In this document: positions 53,467 through 64,000 of the stretch, piece after piece
Numbering within the stretch: the stretch's first letter is position 1
Layout of the letters: each line of letters opens with the position of its first letter
DNA from: Amoebidium appalachense
Taxonomy: Eukaryota; Protista; Ichthyosporea
Assembly (NCBI GenBank): GCA_963693365.1
Contig: CAVNZM010000013.1
Coordinates: 1,203,817-1,267,816 of the forward strand
Length of the DNA stretch: 64,000 nt
Direction: 5' to 3'
Made by a program: the position numbers and the translations under genes
Notes under the pieces: generated by a model
Seen by the model: only the letters and a program-made list of their open reading frames with translations
Told to the model about the DNA's origin: nothing
Databases searched by the model: none

Positions 53467-53914
53467 GAAATGTTTGTCCGACGTCTGTCTTCTAAATCTT
53501 TGAAAATTGGTGTTTATTGTAACTGTTTCCCATGCATTATAATTATTCCGAGTCCGCTCCATATAAGCAGTATATTCCTGACCGTTTGATTAATTTATCT
53601 GTGTAGTGGCTGTAAAAAAAACCCGCGGGAAGTATGGTGGAAGCACCGTGTATAGTAGAGTAAATGTTACAGAGCGAGCGGCATAGGCCTCTCGGTGGCC
53701 GCAATCCGACCACGGAGGTAACGTATTGAAACCACCTCTTGCAGAGGAGGGCAGAATTGAAGCAATTCGCTCACTTGCCTGTGAGCCTGCGAGGCAAGGG
53801 CTATTTACTTGGAATTATATGTTAAACAGCTTATAAAAGTTTGTGTATTGTTCAGTATGTACACAATGTCGCATAAAAAAACTGGCAAGCAGATTTTGGG
53901 TTGTTTTGTTTTGT

Positions 53915-53952
53915 ACGCGTAAAAAAACAGGCGCGAAAAGAGCTCGCGAAAA
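53915..53952. promoter_or_regulatory. Tandem E2F-type/MCB elements
   Basis: ACGCGT at 53915-53920, GGCGCGAAAA at 53930-53939 and CTCGCGAAAA at 53943-53952. Confidence 0.4.
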
Positions 53953-54932
53953 GCCGGAGTGGCAAATCCAGCAGCAACGTATGACTTTGCCCAACTCCTA
54001 ATTAGACCAACCAAATCATTTTGCTGATTTCAATAATGTCGCTACGGATTGGAGGATCTGAAGGCGCCAAATTCTCCTCAAAACGATTGGATAAAAATGC
54101 ATCAGTATTGAGCACCAACCGGACATAAGATGTAACCCATAAGATGCATCCGGAAGTTCCGGGCTGTCGCCCTGCAGATGTGTAACAGATGTACGTACGT
54201 GTGGCATTACGTATACCAACTGACTCTTGAACCTCAGTGAGTTGTACCTATGCATATGTACTCCACCGGGACGAGAAAAAAGCCGGGTTGAATGGCAAGG
54301 AAAGCAGGGCAGGTTGAATTTAGGCAAATAAATTCTGCTCACCGGCTTCATATGCCCCACACAAGATTGCATTGCGAAGCTTCCAAAGGACGGTGCGTCC
54401 ACTTCAATCCGCTGATAAGACTCCGTTTTGCATGCAAGAGCACCAAATCTAAAACAATCCATGCCACAACGGAAGCTCTGACTTCTCATAACTCTTGTGG
54501 CTTTGCCCTTTTATCGATACAGGAAAAAACATCACATGCATGATCAGGAAAACAATCTGTTCGAAAAACCCTCGCATGAATGCTGAAATACTGGGGGTGC
54601 ACCAGCGCTGACGTACACACCAATCGTATATACATATACCGCGGGGTAGCAGAACCGCAGATGTTAACGGTTGACAAAACGTAAACGTTAGCAGTAATAG
54701 TATAGAAGTAAAGAAAGACTCACAAATAAAGAGAAAACAACGCCTGTCACAAGCTTTAAGCCAGGCTCCCTTTCCCATCCCCCCAGTGTACACCCAGGGC
54801 CTCCTCCCCCTTTTCCTGGGCCTCTCCCCATTAATATTCATCGGCAACCTCGAGCTCCGGATCCGTCCCATTCCCTCAAATGGGCACCCCCCAATCGCAA
54901 AGCCCTCCCCCGAGCTCTCAATCCAGCCCCCC

Positions 54933-55092
<160 letters not shown>

Positions 55093-55124
55093 CACACACA
55101 CGCACGCACATGTACACACACACA

Positions 55125-55256
<132 letters not shown>

Positions 55257-55351
55257 AAAAAAAAGAACTCATGACTCGAGGTTGGAGCGCAAGTTAGCTG
55301 CGCCATATCTTTTTAGTCGTTAAATGGAAGAAGGCCAGGGGCCAAGGTTTT

Positions 55352-55382
<31 letters not shown>

Positions 55383-56783
55383 CGCGCGCGTGTGTGTGTG
55401 TGTGTTGTGTGTGTGTGTGACTGCGCGTGTGTGTGACGGGGGGGGGGGGGGGGGTGTCTGTGTGTCTGTGGCGAGTGTCTTTCTCTCTGTGTGCGCGCGC
55501 GTGACTGTGTGTGTGGAGGTGAGGGGGGGAGGAGCGGGAGCAGAGGGGTTGTAAGCTTTATAATTAGGCTCTAGTTCTGCCGATGGTTAGAGTAAGATTG
55601 TATGCGATATTTGAAAGCGTGTAAATCAGCTTGAACAGAACCAAACAGAACGGACCGGGTTTGACAAGAGTTCAAAAGGTTAGATTTAGTAGGACACGGC
55701 ATGCCATGACTAACCATGCACATCGTGATCCACGATTATGTTGGCATAGTTCGGAACCGTTTATTTACATATCGTATATCATCGGCACAATCCGCCAATG
55801 GCATGTCACCTGGCCGCCGCCTCATCCAATTTGTATAAGTATAAGTTATAAAAAAGCTTTCACAAAAACAAAAAAAAAAAAAAAAATAGGAATATATGGG
55901 AATAGGGAAGAATGTATATGGGTATAGGGACACGTCACACTGGCCAAACAAACAATAGGATTACACCACGTGCTCCTCATTATTGCCACCACCATCTGTG
56001 AATCCAAGTAGACTTCACTGAAAGTTGGGCAGTGCTGAGTGCTGTCCAAGTGTGTGTGTTGGGCCATGGCCTAGATAATTGCACCTTCCGTGCATAGCAT
56101 TGGAGGGAGAAGACGATAGAAAAAGAAATAACCTAAATTTTCCAGTTGCGTCTTGTTTTTGTGTTTTGACTTATTATCAAATCAGTTAGTTAAGTTGTGA
56201 GGAGGGAAGTATAATATCGAAGTAAATGTACAAACACCATTAGTAATTACAACTTACTTGCACACAATCGCTGAATCGAAAAACCATGCAACAAGCCCTG
56301 AGGGGAGGGGGGCGGGGGGGCAGTAGTACCCAGACAAACACAGACAAATATGCCGATGCCGCCACACACACACACACACACACATGATACTTACACACAC
56401 ACACCCGTCCATAGTTATTTTCGATCCACCCATAAAAGAAAACCACATCTACACACACAACCAACCACACATGCATTTAAACGCGAATGCACGCAAGGTG
56501 GTGCCCACTGTATCGTATGCAACCCCCCCCCCCCCCCCCCCCCCCCCCTCCCCCTCTCCAACCCCACTGCCCCCTCAAACACACAAAAACAACTTGCAAA
56601 CAAACAAACAAACGAACAAACAAAAAAAAACAAACAAAGTCCACTCACACCGTGCACACGTGCGCCCCCATTACGCTTCATGTTTTATGGATTTCTTTCC
56701 TCAATCTGATGAGAACGCGCGGCATCTAATGTGGGCCACTTGGCAAGAGACTGTCTGTGACTGTTCATCTGATCGATTTATGC

Positions 56784-57074
56784 CTTCAACAACTTGATTA
56801 AAACCTGATCAGCTTGTAAACCGTGTGCCTTGCATGATGCATGCCGGGGTGAGGGGTTGCGGGGTCTGGTGGGTTACCGCACGTGAAGTGGTAAGTGTTT
56901 GTGTCTGTTTTTTGTGTGTCGATTGTTTTTTTTTGTTTTTTGTTTTTTTTTTTTTTGGGGGGGGGGGGAGGTGAGGGGAGAGAGGGACAGGGCCCAGCTT
57001 TAGGTAGGTGTCCAATAACTTCATACAAGGAACACGGTTTACAAGCTAATCAGGTTTTAATCAAGTTGTTTAAG
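56784..57074. mobile_element. MITE-like element with ~56-bp terminal inverted repeats
   Basis: 56784-56839 (CTTCAACAACTTGATTAAAACCTGATCAGCTTGTAAACCGTGTGCCTTGCATGATG) is the reverse complement of 57019-57074 with 5 mismatches; the interior is non-coding. Confidence 0.65.
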
Positions 57075-57260
57075 CTTTTAAACTAAACACGAATAAAAAA
57101 ATTAGATTAAACACAGGGTCTGTTTATTCTTACATACCTAGCAAGGGAGAGTGGGGTGGGGTGACTGTGTGTGTCCGTTAAGTGTGCCTGTGTGTGTGCG
57201 TTGTGTGTGCCTGCGTGTGTGTGTGTGTGTGTGTGTTTTGTTTGTGTGTGTGTCTGTGCA

Positions 57261-57291
<31 letters not shown>

Positions 57292-57779
57292 CCGTGTATG
57301 TGTTTGTGTGTGTGTATGTGTACGTGCGTGCGTGCGCGCGCGTGTGTGTGCGCGTGTGTGCGTGCGTGCGCGTGCGTGCGTGCGTACGTGCCGTGTGTGT
57401 GTGTGTGTGTGTCTCTGTATGTGTGCACATGGATGTGTGTCTGTGTGTGTGCACATGAATGTATGTCTGTGTGCACGTGTGTGGGTGTGTGTGTATGTTG
57501 TGCGTGTGTGTGTGTGTGTGTACGTGTGTGTACACGTGTATCTTTATGTGTGGTGGGTGTGGGTGTGTTTGTGGGTGCTTATACATAGGTAGCGTACCTC
57601 CCTCCCCCCATACCCCCCTCCCCCCCCCTCCTCCCCATACCCCCCCCCTCTCTGGGCGCCCCTCTCTCCCCTTGACACCAGGCCACCGTGGCCACCTCGA
57701 ACCCCACTGTTCAAAGAACTTGAGTGACGAACAGTGAGGGTAATCAGGGTATGTATAAGTATTTGATTTTGTGATTACT

Positions 57780-57840
57780 GATTGGTCGATTTCTCCCGCT
57801 TTTTATGATGATTGGTTGCTTTTGCTTTTTGGCGGGAACC
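57780..57840 (+). promoter_or_regulatory. Cell-cycle-type promoter of DONSON: two reverse CCAAT boxes and E2F-like sites
   Basis: GATTGG at 57780 and 57810 (30 bp apart), TTTCTCCCGC at 57790 and TTTTGGCGGGAA at 57827-57838, upstream of a DNA-replication gene. Confidence 0.55.
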
Positions 57841-58181
57841 ACGGTTCAACCACCCTAGTCAACCTACAATAGTTGTCTACGAGGTACTCAACGCTAGCGC
57901 TAGCTCGGGGAGAAAACTAAGTACACAGGAGGGGACGAGACAGTTGAGTTTTTACCAACACCACGGCACGCGGGAGTACATGCATAACTAGTATTGATTG
58001 CTATGTTTATATCGACGGATATACGATAGGCATAGGTAGTTTTTGGTTTAGCTTTAGGGTAACAAAGGAACGAAGAAGAAGGTAAGAGCGTGTTTTCCAC
58101 GGTGTCGTAGCCAGAAAAACACTGTTTGGCTTGAAGATTTGAGGGAACATTTAGAAGGCAATAGGCAAATGCACCAGAAAA

Positions 58182-63602
<5,421 letters not shown>

Positions 63603-64000
63603 GTGAGCCCCCCTCCCCCCCCCCCCCCCCCCCCCCCCTCCTCCCGCTCCCCTCCCCCCCCCCCCCCCCCTGGGGGGCGAAAGAAAATTGATGACAATCC
63701 GGAGACAAGGAGGAACAAAAAAAGAAGATATGGGGGGGGGAAATGGGGGGAAAGCTACAATTAGAGAACAAGACGGGGAAACATCAAACATCCGCTGTCA
63801 ATGCCTGGGTTGGGTCGACGAGGACATGACGTTAAATGGACGTCATCGTGAATGTCATAATCGAAGTCATCATGGGACGACTCTGATGGGTGATTGGTGG
63901 TGCCTATAAGCGCGATGAATTCCTTTTGGCCTATTTATGGCAACATATCTCGTTTTGTAACAATTTCCTTATAAGGTGCAAGATTGAAAAATGCCGACAT

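Overview
Eukaryotic genomic DNA whose introns are swollen with poly-C/poly-G, (CA)n/(TG)n, (CT)n and (CGTG)n tracts, so nearly all ORFs in the supplied track are repeat artefacts. Manual splicing recovers five genes: a 22-exon SLK/LOK (STK10)-type STE20 kinase with its coiled-coil tail (+, 1747-19557); a compact C2CD3-like centriolar C2-domain protein (-, 41109-25273); SURF4/Erv29 (+, 42550-49160), head-to-head with C2CD3; a 2-exon secreted 8-cysteine peptide precursor (-, 53466-52444); and the 5' part of DONSON (+, 58182 to beyond the window), which has an E2F/CCAAT promoter. The animal-like gene set suggests a holozoan or other opisthokont (inference only). Homologies were judged by eye from remembered family motifs, not by database search. 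The most unusual signals are: (1) degenerate 'echo' copies of exon ends plus their splice sites inside flanking introns; (2) minisatellites that multiply splice signals, including a 44-bp unit that reads as a chain of GT..AG mini-introns carrying CArG boxes; (3) a helical-hairpin-type Cys framework peptide with a GKR amidation-like signal; (4) a sense-oriented intronic repeat family ending in poly-C; (5) splice sites that merge into (GT)n/(CA)n repeats; (6) single-base frameshifts in SLK and SURF4.
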